NCBI GenBank assembly: GCA_041747855.1
Contig: JBGTEJ010000050.1
Coordinates: 30,127 to 94,126, forward strand
Source of the DNA: Acidimicrobiia bacterium
Lineage (GTDB): Bacteria; Actinomycetota; Acidimicrobiia; Spongiisociales; ZC4RG35
Direction of reading: 5' to 3'
DNA length: 64,000 nt
The notes under the pieces were generated by a model. It had not been told where the DNA came from and made no database searches. It was given only the letters and a program-made list of their open reading frames with translations. Each line of letters begins with the position of its first letter. Within the stretch, counting starts at the first letter, position 1. The translations under genes and the position numbers were made by a program. Shown piece after piece: positions 16,983-25,427 of this stretch.

Positions 16983-17423
16983 TCGGGTAGCCCGAGCCTT
17001 CTCCAGCAATTCCTTGAGCCGGGATATATCGAGCTCGGACAGATCGGCGAATGCCTCGGCGACCACTTTACGCCTCACCTCTCTTGCCTGGTAGAGAAGC
17101 TCTTCACCTTTCGAGGTCATTTCCACGAGTGTCGCCCTCCGGTCCATCGGGTCGGGGCGTCTCCTCACCAGACCTGCCATAGACAGCTCATCGACCACCG
17201 TCGTAGCGGATCGGGGGACCACCCCTAGGGCTTCGGCGAGCTCGCCAATCCTCACCGGTCCGGCCGATCCCGCCAGTTGACGGAGTGCTCGCAGACGGCC
17301 CGGTGTGACACCAGGGAGATCGAGTCGATCTATCACCGAACGTCTCAAATCCCTGGCCATCTCGAGGACCAGATCGCCGACAGCTTCGGAATCGTTCAAG
17401 GGTCCGGGAATAGGATCGGGCAT
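16959..17423 (-). CDS. MarR family transcriptional regulator
   Basis: This 154-aa protein has a winged-helix core (TPGRLRALRQLAGSAGPVRIGELAEALGVVPRSATTVVDEL..GLVRRRPDPMDRR). It is divergent from an ABC exporter gene. Confidence 0.9.
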   Translation of the reverse strand: MPDPIPGPLNDSEAVGDLVLEMARDLRRSVIDRLDLPGVTPGRLRALRQLAGSAGPVRIGELAEALGVVPRSATTVVDELSMAGLVRRRPDPMDRRATLVEMTSKGEELLYQAREVRRKVVAEAFADLSELDISRLKELLEKARATRSSQSYQA

Positions 17424-17503
17424 AAGAGGAGTTTACCTCAATATGAGTTATTCCCCCTTACTGGTCCCCGGGAAGTTTTCGGGGGCCCAGATCGGACCTG
17501 ATC

Positions 17504-19390
17504 ATGCCCGCTCACGGTAGCCACGGCGGTCGTGCGATGAGAGCGATGGCCGGTGACCGTGATGTGATCGGCAAGAAGCTCAAGGCCGGGACGCTGCGCA
17601 GGATCGCCGGGTTCGCCGGACCGTATCGGAGGTTGATCATGGCGTTCCTCACAGTGGTCATCCTCGAAGGGCTGCTAAGTGCGGTTCCGCCACTGGTCTA
17701 TATGGCGATCATTGACGACGGGATCATCGGAGGCGACAGGTCTCTGGTCATACTTCTGGCATCTTCTCTTGTGGGGCTTGCCCTGGCGGGGGCCGGGCTC
17801 GGCCTGGTCCAGAGGTGGCTCTCGTCGCGTATCGGTGAAGGACTGGTGTTCGATCTCCGGACCCAGGTGTTCGATCATGTGCAGACGATGCCGGTCGCCT
17901 TCTTCGCCCGGACTCAGACCGGGGCCCTCGTGTCCCGGCTCAACTCGGACGTGCAGGGGGCCCAGCAGGCCTTCACCTCGACGTTGTCCAACGTGGTCGG
18001 CAACCTGGTGGCGGTGGCCGCCACTCTTGCTGTGATGTTCGCCCTCTCCTGGCAGATCACCCTTACCGCCCTGGTCCTCCTGCCGGTGTTCCTGGTCCCG
18101 GCCCGGTTCGTTGGCAAACGGCTGGCATCGATCACCCGCGAGCGTTATGAACTGAATGCGGCAATGGGTCAGACCATGACCGATCGCTTCAGTGTTCCCG
18201 GGGCACTTCTGGTGAAGCTCTTCGGGCGGCCAGAGGAGGAATCCGAGGTCTTCGCCACCCGGGCCGGAAGGGTTCGAGACATTGGGGTCCGTTCGGCGAT
18301 GTACTCGCGCGTCCTGTTCAGCACCCTGGGAGTGGTTGCGGCGGTAGCCACCGCTTTCGTCTACGGGTTGGGCGGGGTGATGGTGATCGCCGGAAGCCTC
18401 GGTTTGGGGACCTTGGTCGCTCTCGGCGCCTACCTGAATCGGCTCTACGGGCCCCTGACCTCACTGTCGAACGTCCAGGTGGACGTGATGACCACCCTGG
18501 TCAGCTTCGAGAGGGTCCTTGAAGTCCTCGACCTCGCCCCGACAATTGTCGACCTTCCTGGAGCTGTCGAGGTTCCACCCGGCCCGGTGGGCGTGGTCTT
18601 CGACCGGGTCGGATTCACCTACCCGGCACCGTCAGAGGTCTCACTGGCCTCACTCGAGTCGGTGAAGTCCTTGTCTGACGACGTCGGTCAGCCGGTCCTG
18701 GACGGGATCTCACTGAGAGTGGAGCCGGGTCAGATGGTGGCACTGGTTGGCCCTTCCGGCGCTGGCAAAACGACAACTGCCGGCCTGATCTCCCGACTCT
18801 ACGACGTAACCGAGGGAGCAGTCCTGGTCGGTGGGATTGACGTTCGCGACATCCGTTTGGGGTCATTGGCAGCCACCGTTGGAGTGGTCTCCCAGGATGC
18901 CCATCTCTTCCACGACACCTTGCGGGTCAACCTGGCTTACGCCCGACCTGACGCAACCGAGGCCGAGATGGAGGATGCGCTCCGGGCGGCTCAGATATGG
19001 CCGCTGGTCGAGCAGCTCGCCGACGGATTGGACACCGTCGTCGGGGATCACGGCTATCGACTCTCGGGCGGCGAGAAGCAGCGTTTGGCGATCGCCCGGC
19101 TACTTCTCAAGGATCCCCGGATCGTGGTCCTCGACGAGGCCACAGCGCATCTCGATTCAGAGTCCGAGTCGTTGGTGCAACGGGCGTTGGCCACTGCTTT
19201 GGATGGTCGAACCTCGATAGTGATCGCCCACCGGCTCTCGACGGTCCGACGGGCTGACCAGATACTGGTGATAGACGATGGCTCGATCGTGGAGCGTGGG
19301 ACGCATGACGAACTCATCCAAAGCGGAGGTCTTTACGCCGAACTCTCCCGGACCCAACTGATCGATGAGGACGAGGCGAAAGCAAGCTGA
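17504..19390 (+). CDS. ABC exporter, fused permease/ATPase (MsbA/multidrug type)
   Basis: Six N-terminal TM helices are followed by Walker A GPSGAGKTT, signature LSGGEKQR and Walker B VVLDEATAHLD. The exact start is uncertain. Confidence 0.9.
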   Translation: MPAHGSHGGRAMRAMAGDRDVIGKKLKAGTLRRIAGFAGPYRRLIMAFLTVVILEGLLSAVPPLVYMAIIDDGIIGGDRSLVILLASSLVGLALAGAGLGLVQRWLSSRIGEGLVFDLRTQVFDHVQTMPVAFFARTQTGALVSRLNSDVQGAQQAFTSTLSNVVGNLVAVAATLAVMFALSWQITLTALVLLPVFLVPARFVGKRLASITRERYELNAAMGQTMTDRFSVPGALLVKLFGRPEEESEVFATRAGRVRDIGVRSAMYSRVLFSTLGVVAAVATAFVYGLGGVMVIAGSLGLGTLVALGAYLNRLYGPLTSLSNVQVDVMTTLVSFERVLEVLDLAPTIVDLPGAVEVPPGPVGVVFDRVGFTYPAPSEVSLASLESVKSLSDDVGQPVLDGISLRVEPGQMVALVGPSGAGKTTTAGLISRLYDVTEGAVLVGGIDVRDIRLGSLAATVGVVSQDAHLFHDTLRVNLAYARPDATEAEMEDALRAAQIWPLVEQLADGLDTVVGDHGYRLSGGEKQRLAIARLLLKDPRIVVLDEATAHLDSESESLVQRALATALDGRTSIVIAHRLSTVRRADQILVIDDGSIVERGTHDELIQSGGLYAELSRTQLIDEDEAKAS

Positions 19391-19412
19391 CGCCCGATGG
19401 GCGCCTACCGGG

Positions 19413-19859
19413 TCACACCGCGTTGCTCCCACCAACAACCAGCCATGTGCCCAGGATGACGAGCGCCATACCGGCCAGTCTTCTGGGGTCGATCTGGTGG
19501 GCGTTCGAGAACCACCCGAAATGATCGATCACCGCGCCAAAGATGAGGGTGGCGCCAGTGAAGAGGGTTATACCCGCCCCTAGACCCAGACGGGAGACGG
19601 TGATACCGAGTGTGGCCACGATCATCAGTCCCATCAGGCCGGCGGTGAAAGCCCACCAGGGGATCTCCCGCATGTCGGCCCAACGTCCTCCACCGAAGGC
19701 GAGCATCAACAGCCCGATTGCCATGCCCCCACCACCGTAGGTGATGAAGGTTGAGGCAAGGGTCCCCGCCTTGCCCTCCATGATGCCCAGGAACTGAGAT
19801 TGGAGAGCACCGGCGAGACCACCGGCCACACCCGCCAGGACAACAAACCATATAGCCAT
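19413..19859 (-). CDS. Small DMT-superfamily membrane protein (YdcZ/DUF606-like)
   Basis: The start is trimmed to MAIWFVVLAGVAGG (ATG 19859). The protein is about 148 aa with 5 hydrophobic helices. The longer track ORF would run into the upstream gene. Confidence 0.65.
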   Translation of the reverse strand: MAIWFVVLAGVAGGLAGALQSQFLGIMEGKAGTLASTFITYGGGGMAIGLLMLAFGGGRWADMREIPWWAFTAGLMGLMIVATLGITVSRLGLGAGITLFTGATLIFGAVIDHFGWFSNAHQIDPRRLAGMALVILGTWLVVGGSNAV

Positions 19860-19875
19860 CGTCCAATGTTGGTCG

Positions 19876-19913
19876 GGTGGACCCTGACTTTGGTGGACCC
19901 TGACTTTGGTGGA
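19876..19913. repeat. Intergenic 16-bp tandem direct repeat, about 2.4 copies (GGTGGACCCTGACTTT)
   Basis: Read directly: 19876-19891 and 19892-19907 are identical, followed by a partial third copy GGTGGA (19908-19913). The repeat lies between the SbcC-like stop (19931) and the YdcZ-like start (19859). Confidence 0.9.
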
Positions 19914-19930
19914 GGTTGTCGGTTCCTGCT

Positions 19931-22153
19931 CTAGCTGACGACCCGATCGAGCTCCGTCAGGTTGTCGTTGGCGGCGTTGAATCGTGATCGAGCCCAATCG
20001 GCCACCCCGATGTCGTGGGTGAAGAGGACCACCTGGACTTCGCTGCTGAGAGTGTGGAGCGTATCCAGCACGGCGTCACGCCGCTCGTGATCGAAACTGG
20101 CAACGACGTCGTCCAGGATCAGAGGGCAGCTCTCCCCGGGTGTCGTCAGATGACGGGCGAGGGCGAGGCGGAGCAGCAAGTAGACCTGCTCACGGGTCCC
20201 ATGAGAGAGAAGATCGGCGCGGCGCCATGTGATCCCCGGCCCACGCACTTCGACCTGGAGTGATTCCGGATCGACCTTGCACTCGGTGTACCTGCCACCG
20301 GTTATCGTGCCCAGCCAGGTCTCCACCGTGTCTCTGAGGACCGGGGCCAGACTCCTGTTGACCTCCTCTTCGGCCGTCTCGAGGAATTCGATCGTCCTGG
20401 CCAGGACTGCGTCGAGTTCTCTGACCCTGGCGTGCTCCTGTCGGGCAGCCTCGAGGGCCTCTTCGGCCTCGGGGACCCCACGGAAGGTGCCGCTGAACTG
20501 ACGCAGTTCTCCGTTCAGGGTGTGAATCTCGTCCCTGATGCTCTGTGAGCGCTCATGCAACTTCTCGAGGTCGTCCCCGGTAACGCCATTGGACCCGAAC
20601 CGCTCTATCAGGTCCGGATGACACCCGGCCATCGCGGATTCCGCCTCGTTGCGGAGACGGTGCGCCTCGAGATCGATCTCGTCGAGGGTCTGGAGTCCGA
20701 GAAGGTTTTGGTATGTGTCCCACTCCACTTGGTGGAGGGCCAGCCGGTCGAGGCGCTTTCTCCGCTCTTTCTGCCAAGAGAACAGGGCCTCCGCCAGATG
20801 GTCGGTATCGGTTCCGGGTTGGCCGATCGCGGTAGCAGCTTCGGCTATGGCTGTGACTGCGAGCTGCTCGCGTTGGACGGCCTCTTCATGCACGACTTCG
20901 GCACTCTGTCGATCATCGATCAGGTGTTGGATGTGGTCTCGCTCGGTATGCAGACGGGACAGCTGGGCCTGGATGTCGGTCTGGCTTTGGGGTGTCGACC
21001 CGCTGAAGAACCATCCGGCGAGAAGTCCCGCGGCCAGTGCGAGGAGACCCCCACCGACGAACGGCGGGTCGACCAGACCCAGGCCAACGCCCCCGATGGC
21101 CGCTGAGCCGAGGCCAGCGACCAGCAGGGCCCGGGTGCGCTGACGGCGAGGGGGCCCTGCTTCGTGCGCCACCACAAGCTGCTCTTCGACCCCTTTCAAC
21201 CGGACCTCCAGCTCGGGTATCGACTCGCCTGCCAATGCCGGGACGCGGGGTCGGGTCTGCCACTTCTGTAGGGCGGTTGCGATCTGATTGGAGAGGGTCT
21301 CTTCATCGGCGGAATGATGCGGCGGCCCCTCCCGGAACCTGGCGGCCAGCTCATTGACACGCTCCAGACGCGCCCATGCGTCAGCCGCCTGTTGGTCGGT
21401 GAGGATCGCCTTGGTAACCGCTTCCTCGGTGGTGAGCACGCTCAGTTCCTGGCTCAAACGCTCTATCCCGGCGAGACGCTCGAGATAGTCGTGCTGTGAC
21501 CTTTCAGCTTCCTTCAGGTCGAGAGTGGCCCTCTCCAGCATGGCTGCGGTCGATCGGAGCGGCTTGGTCGGCGCCCGATCGCTCCCGACCACCTCACTGC
21601 GAAACTTGTCGATCAAGTCGAGGGCCGCTTTGGCGGTGGCGTCACCAGCAGTCGAGGCGGCCTTCTGGAGGTCTTGCTGCAGCGAGGTGGCGTCCTCGAG
21701 CACACCGAGCACCTGGGTCTGGCGGATACAGGCCGTGGAGAGGAAAGTGTTTCGATTGAGTCCCAACCATCGGGATCCATCGGGGGCCCCTTCGAAGAGG
21801 ATCTCGTCGGAGTAGTCCCGCCCGGCCAGGTCGGCGTCTCTTGCCGAAGAGTCCACTCGGTTGGCGAGGTCGTGACTCAACTCCACACGACGACCATCGG
21901 CGAGGACGATCACCGAGCCAACCCGCCACGATTGTTCGTCGTCCCACGGGCGATGGCGCGCCGCGAATGCCTCGTTGAAGGCTGATCGACCGGCACCCCT
22001 TCTCAGACCGCACAGACCGGCGAACAACGCGGCATGCCAGGTCGACTTGCCCGACTCGTTGGGTCCGTAGATCACGTTCAGACCGGGGCGAAGATCGAGC
22101 GATCGGTCGCGGAATGGTCCGAAGTCATGGGCGAGGACCTTCTCGAAACGCAC
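19931..22153 (-). CDS. Rad50/SbcC-like ABC ATPase with central membrane hairpin (YhaN/Rv1278-like)
   Basis: It has Walker A YGPNESGKST, a C-terminal signature-like LSHGTREQ and Walker B LILDDV, with long charged helical arms. Two hydrophobic helices sit at residues about 342-383 (nt 21005-21130) and there is no CxxC hook. Confidence 0.8.
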   Translation of the reverse strand: MRFEKVLAHDFGPFRDRSLDLRPGLNVIYGPNESGKSTWHAALFAGLCGLRRGAGRSAFNEAFAARHRPWDDEQSWRVGSVIVLADGRRVELSHDLANRVDSSARDADLAGRDYSDEILFEGAPDGSRWLGLNRNTFLSTACIRQTQVLGVLEDATSLQQDLQKAASTAGDATAKAALDLIDKFRSEVVGSDRAPTKPLRSTAAMLERATLDLKEAERSQHDYLERLAGIERLSQELSVLTTEEAVTKAILTDQQAADAWARLERVNELAARFREGPPHHSADEETLSNQIATALQKWQTRPRVPALAGESIPELEVRLKGVEEQLVVAHEAGPPRRQRTRALLVAGLGSAAIGGVGLGLVDPPFVGGGLLALAAGLLAGWFFSGSTPQSQTDIQAQLSRLHTERDHIQHLIDDRQSAEVVHEEAVQREQLAVTAIAEAATAIGQPGTDTDHLAEALFSWQKERRKRLDRLALHQVEWDTYQNLLGLQTLDEIDLEAHRLRNEAESAMAGCHPDLIERFGSNGVTGDDLEKLHERSQSIRDEIHTLNGELRQFSGTFRGVPEAEEALEAARQEHARVRELDAVLARTIEFLETAEEEVNRSLAPVLRDTVETWLGTITGGRYTECKVDPESLQVEVRGPGITWRRADLLSHGTREQVYLLLRLALARHLTTPGESCPLILDDVVASFDHERRDAVLDTLHTLSSEVQVVLFTHDIGVADWARSRFNAANDNLTELDRVVS

Positions 22154-23262
22154 TAGAGGACCTCCAGATCGGAGCGTCCATCGAGGGCGTGGAGACCGGT
22201 CACGAGCACACGTCGCTCCTCATCGGGCGTTAGGGCGGCGGCGAGCACGTCGTTGACGAACCGGCCCCTGACGGTGGGTTCGGCGCGCAACGTCTCGATG
22301 TCGTAGGTGGTGTGAATCTCGCCGAACTGGATGCGGTGGGCATCGAAGACCGTGTCGAGGATGTCGCCGAGATCGGTGACTGCAAGTTCGACGTTCGGGT
22401 CGAGCTCTCCGATGACCGTCAGCCGGGCCAGACCGACCAGACCGGCAGTCATCAAAACCAGTTTGTCGCGAACTTGCTGCTGATTGGTGCATCCGGTGAT
22501 CTCGAGACTCAAGTCATGGGCCGTGGTGACTGCCACCCGGTGACGCTCCCGGGTGATAGTCCCAGTGCTGTCGACGGTGACCACAACTGCACCACGCTCA
22601 CCACGCTCACCGAACTCGAGCGGCTCCGGATTGCCCGGATAGGTGTGATGGGGGGCGTCCTTGGGACTGTGGTAGTGGCCCAGGAAGGCGTGGGTGAGAC
22701 CGGCATCCCGGATCTGGTGCTCATCGAAGGGGGCATGTGGTTGTTTGACACCGTCGTCCTGTTCCGACCACCAGGTGCGATCGGACCCGTGGAAGAGTGC
22801 GATGTGGACACCTTCGCCGGCGGTCGAGAAGTCGTCGAGGAAGTTGGGAGTGTTGGCGGGGACGCGATGCGCCGCACCCCACAATGTGATGCTTTGGTCG
22901 AGCGCCACTGGTTGCAGGGCCGGCTGATCGAAGACATGCACATTGTCGGGCCAGGTGGTGTGGGCATAGAGCGAGCCAGGACTGAAGTGGTCGTGATTTC
23001 CTGGTGCGATGAAAACCCTTGTGGACCCGAGCGAGGCGAAGGTGGCGCGGAGGAATTCGGCGGTGTCGGCGGTCACCCGCTCGTGTTCATAGAGGTCGCC
23101 ACCACAGAACAGGGCATCGGCGCCAACTTCGCGGGTCAGATCGACGATACGAAGGAGAGTCTCACGAAGTGCTTGACGTCGACGACGGGCGACGTCGCCG
23201 GAGGCCCCGGCCCAGGCGAACTTGGAGTCGAGATGTAGGTCTGAGAAGTGGACGATCTTCAT
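22153..23262 (-). CDS. Mre11/SbcD-like metallophosphoesterase nuclease subunit (YhaO/Rv1277-like)
   Basis: The start is trimmed to MKIVHFSDLHLD (ATG 23262). Calcineurin-like motifs are present: DLHLD, GGDLYE, GNHDH, FHG and GHYH. Its stop overlaps the GTG start of the ATPase gene (TAGTG). Confidence 0.85.
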   Translation of the reverse strand: MKIVHFSDLHLDSKFAWAGASGDVARRRRQALRETLLRIVDLTREVGADALFCGGDLYEHERVTADTAEFLRATFASLGSTRVFIAPGNHDHFSPGSLYAHTTWPDNVHVFDQPALQPVALDQSITLWGAAHRVPANTPNFLDDFSTAGEGVHIALFHGSDRTWWSEQDDGVKQPHAPFDEHQIRDAGLTHAFLGHYHSPKDAPHHTYPGNPEPLEFGERGERGAVVVTVDSTGTITRERHRVAVTTAHDLSLEITGCTNQQQVRDKLVLMTAGLVGLARLTVIGELDPNVELAVTDLGDILDTVFDAHRIQFGEIHTTYDIETLRAEPTVRGRFVNDVLAAALTPDEERRVLVTGLHALDGRSDLEVL

Positions 23263-23310
23263 CGGTGGCCAACATACAGACGGGCAGGGACACATTTGCG
23301 CCAAAGGCTG

Positions 23311-24435
23311 TCAGCTGGACTCGTAACCCCTGATGGTCTCTTCCAGATAGTCGATGGCGTGGTCGTAGCCCTGACTGGCGTGAGCTGTCGTGTACGCCAG
23401 CACTCTCATCAGCCAGAGACGGAAGGCGAGGGCCTCCCATGCCGGGTCTCCAAGGCGGAAGTTCCTCAGAAGATGTTTCAGAGTCATCCCCCAGGTCGCC
23501 CCATTCATGAACCCGAAGTTCGGCCGCTCACGGTTCACCAGGACTTCAACGCCTACATCGGGAAGCTCCCTGGCAAGGTCGATCTCATCGGGAGTCCATC
23601 CGGTAGCGAGCAGTCTCGTGGTCCGGTCGCGGTCGTATCCGACGATTCGCTTCAGGTCGTCGGGGACCGGGCTCGGTGCGTCGGCATCGAGGTCGGGGCC
23701 CGGGTCGGGGAGTCCGGCCAACGAGGAGACCGCGTCCAGACACTCGACCACCATCGTCCTCAGCTCGTCGAGGGCGCCATAGAGGGCGTGACGCTTGCCT
23801 GACGCGACATGATGTTCATACAGGGGTCGGGCCGACATCGCAGTGGAATAGGTGAGCACAGTGTCGATTCCCCAGTCAGACCTCGCCGTGACCAGGGGGT
23901 CCTTCACCATCTCAACAACTGTTCGGTCACTCAACATCAGCTCCCCACCCAGGGGTTGCCCGATTCGGGCCAGGGCACTTCCGGGGAAGAGCATGGCGAG
24001 GGCAGGGCGGGTGATCATCCAAGTGATCATGGCGTCGGTGGCGGCGCGGGGGAATCGATGTCGGACCACCTCATAGCCATCGTCCCCCTTCTGCTCCGCC
24101 CCATCGATCCAGCTGTGATCGAAGTTGGTGATGTCGGCGTCGTAGAAGTGGACCCGTTCAAACCCGATTTCTCGTGCCTTCTTGAGCGCAGTGTTGATCG
24201 CGTCCCCTTTGCCTGATCTGAAAGTGCCGATCCGGTTCTGGGCAAAGACACTTACCGGCTTCCCATGAGTGGCGGAAATGGAGACTGCAATCGGCTCGAC
24301 CGATCTCATCACCTGGTCTTCTTCGGCGGCCACCGCCCACACTTCGGAAACCCGTTCGTGAGCCGTGGCGATGGCCAGGTTGGCCGCGATTAGTGACGTT
24401 GGCTCAGATTTGAACGGGAATACGACAAGACTCAC
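23311..24435 (-). CDS. mgs: Mannosylglycerate synthase-like glycosyltransferase (GT78 family)
   Basis: The protein is colinear end to end with my recollection of Rhodothermus marinus MGS. Matching blocks are MSLVVFPFK, GKGD..NTAL, HFYDADITNF, RHRFPRAATDAMITWMITR, QPLGGEL, SDWGIDT, LYGALDELRTMVVEC and GDPAWEALAFRLW..RVLAYT. Confidence 0.8.
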   Translation of the reverse strand: MSLVVFPFKSEPTSLIAANLAIATAHERVSEVWAVAAEEDQVMRSVEPIAVSISATHGKPVSVFAQNRIGTFRSGKGDAINTALKKAREIGFERVHFYDADITNFDHSWIDGAEQKGDDGYEVVRHRFPRAATDAMITWMITRPALAMLFPGSALARIGQPLGGELMLSDRTVVEMVKDPLVTARSDWGIDTVLTYSTAMSARPLYEHHVASGKRHALYGALDELRTMVVECLDAVSSLAGLPDPGPDLDADAPSPVPDDLKRIVGYDRDRTTRLLATGWTPDEIDLARELPDVGVEVLVNRERPNFGFMNGATWGMTLKHLLRNFRLGDPAWEALAFRLWLMRVLAYTTAHASQGYDHAIDYLEETIRGYESS

Positions 24436-24455
24436 CGGTCAATGGTGGCACAGGT

Positions 24456-25361
24456 TCAGGCTTCCCGGCGTGAAGCCAGGAAAGCGCCGGCCAGGACCAT
24501 GACCACACCGGCCAGGGACAGTGGTGCCACCAACTCGTCGCGGACGATCACCCCCAACACCAGGGCCACCACCGGAATCACATATGCCACGAAGGCCCCC
24601 CGAGTCGACCCGACCCTGCTGGCGAGCCTGCCGGCGAGGATGAACGCCAGACCCGTGCCTAAGAGCCCGACGGCCACGGTGGCGGTCAGAGATGGCCATG
24701 AGAACGACGATTCACCGAGGGCCAGCACGCCCAATGGGAAGGTGATGAGGGTGGCCACCCATATCATCCTGCCCATCACGGGAAGTGCTCCGTATTTCTG
24801 AAGGACGGGCACTGCGATGGTCACCGAGAGACCGTAGAAGGCCGAAGCGATCAATCCGAGTGCGATTCCGAGAGCGGCGTTCGAGCCGTCGTCAGCGGTC
24901 GGGGATGTGATCAGGGCCACACCGATGAACCCTACGACGATCCCCATGACCTGGACCTTGCCGGGGAGGCTCCGGAGCAGTACTGCGGTGATGATCGCGG
25001 CGAAAATGGGGACTGTCCCGTTGAGCATCCCGGCCACGCCGGAGTCGATCCACTGCTGGGCGATCGGGAAGAGTGTGAACGGAAGGGCTGCCCAGGTGAC
25101 CGACAGAGCAAAGATTCGTGGCCAGTCCTCCCGGTCGATCCTGGTCCTCTTGACCGCGGGCAGACAGGCGAAAAAGACCGATGCCGACGCGAGACGGAGG
25201 AAGGTCACGAGCCCCGGGCTGAAAGAGTCGAGTCCGATGGCCATCAGGAGAAAGGAAGAACCCCAGATCGAAGCGACGGCAATGAAGGTGAGCCAGTCCA
25301 TCGGGGCGAACGAACCGACGTTGGTCCCTCTGGAAGTAGACAATATTCGGTTGGCTGTCAT
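24456..25361 (-). CDS. EamA/DMT-family transporter
   Basis: It has ten hydrophobic segments in two EamA-like halves. The start is trimmed to MTANRIL (ATG 25361). It ends 21 nt upstream of the MGS-like gene on the same strand. Confidence 0.75.
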   Translation of the reverse strand: MTANRILSTSRGTNVGSFAPMDWLTFIAVASIWGSSFLLMAIGLDSFSPGLVTFLRLASASVFFACLPAVKRTRIDREDWPRIFALSVTWAALPFTLFPIAQQWIDSGVAGMLNGTVPIFAAIITAVLLRSLPGKVQVMGIVVGFIGVALITSPTADDGSNAALGIALGLIASAFYGLSVTIAVPVLQKYGALPVMGRMIWVATLITFPLGVLALGESSFSWPSLTATVAVGLLGTGLAFILAGRLASRVGSTRGAFVAYVIPVVALVLGVIVRDELVAPLSLAGVVMVLAGAFLASRREA

Positions 25362-25427
25362 CGTTTGTTCTTGGTCGTCGTGGGGCACACGAGCAACCAC
25401 GCCGACGCAAGGATTAGTCCGCGCTTT

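Noticed and set aside
19386-19412. A short hairpin CGCCC-GAT-GGGCG lies between the convergent ABC exporter and YdcZ-like genes.
   Set aside because: It has a 5-bp stem, a 3-nt loop and no U-tract. It cannot be distinguished from chance in GC-rich DNA.
22312-23238. A 308-aa plus-strand ORF lies opposite the SbcD-like gene.
   Set aside because: It is an antisense shadow frame. The minus-strand frame has all the metallophosphoesterase motifs.
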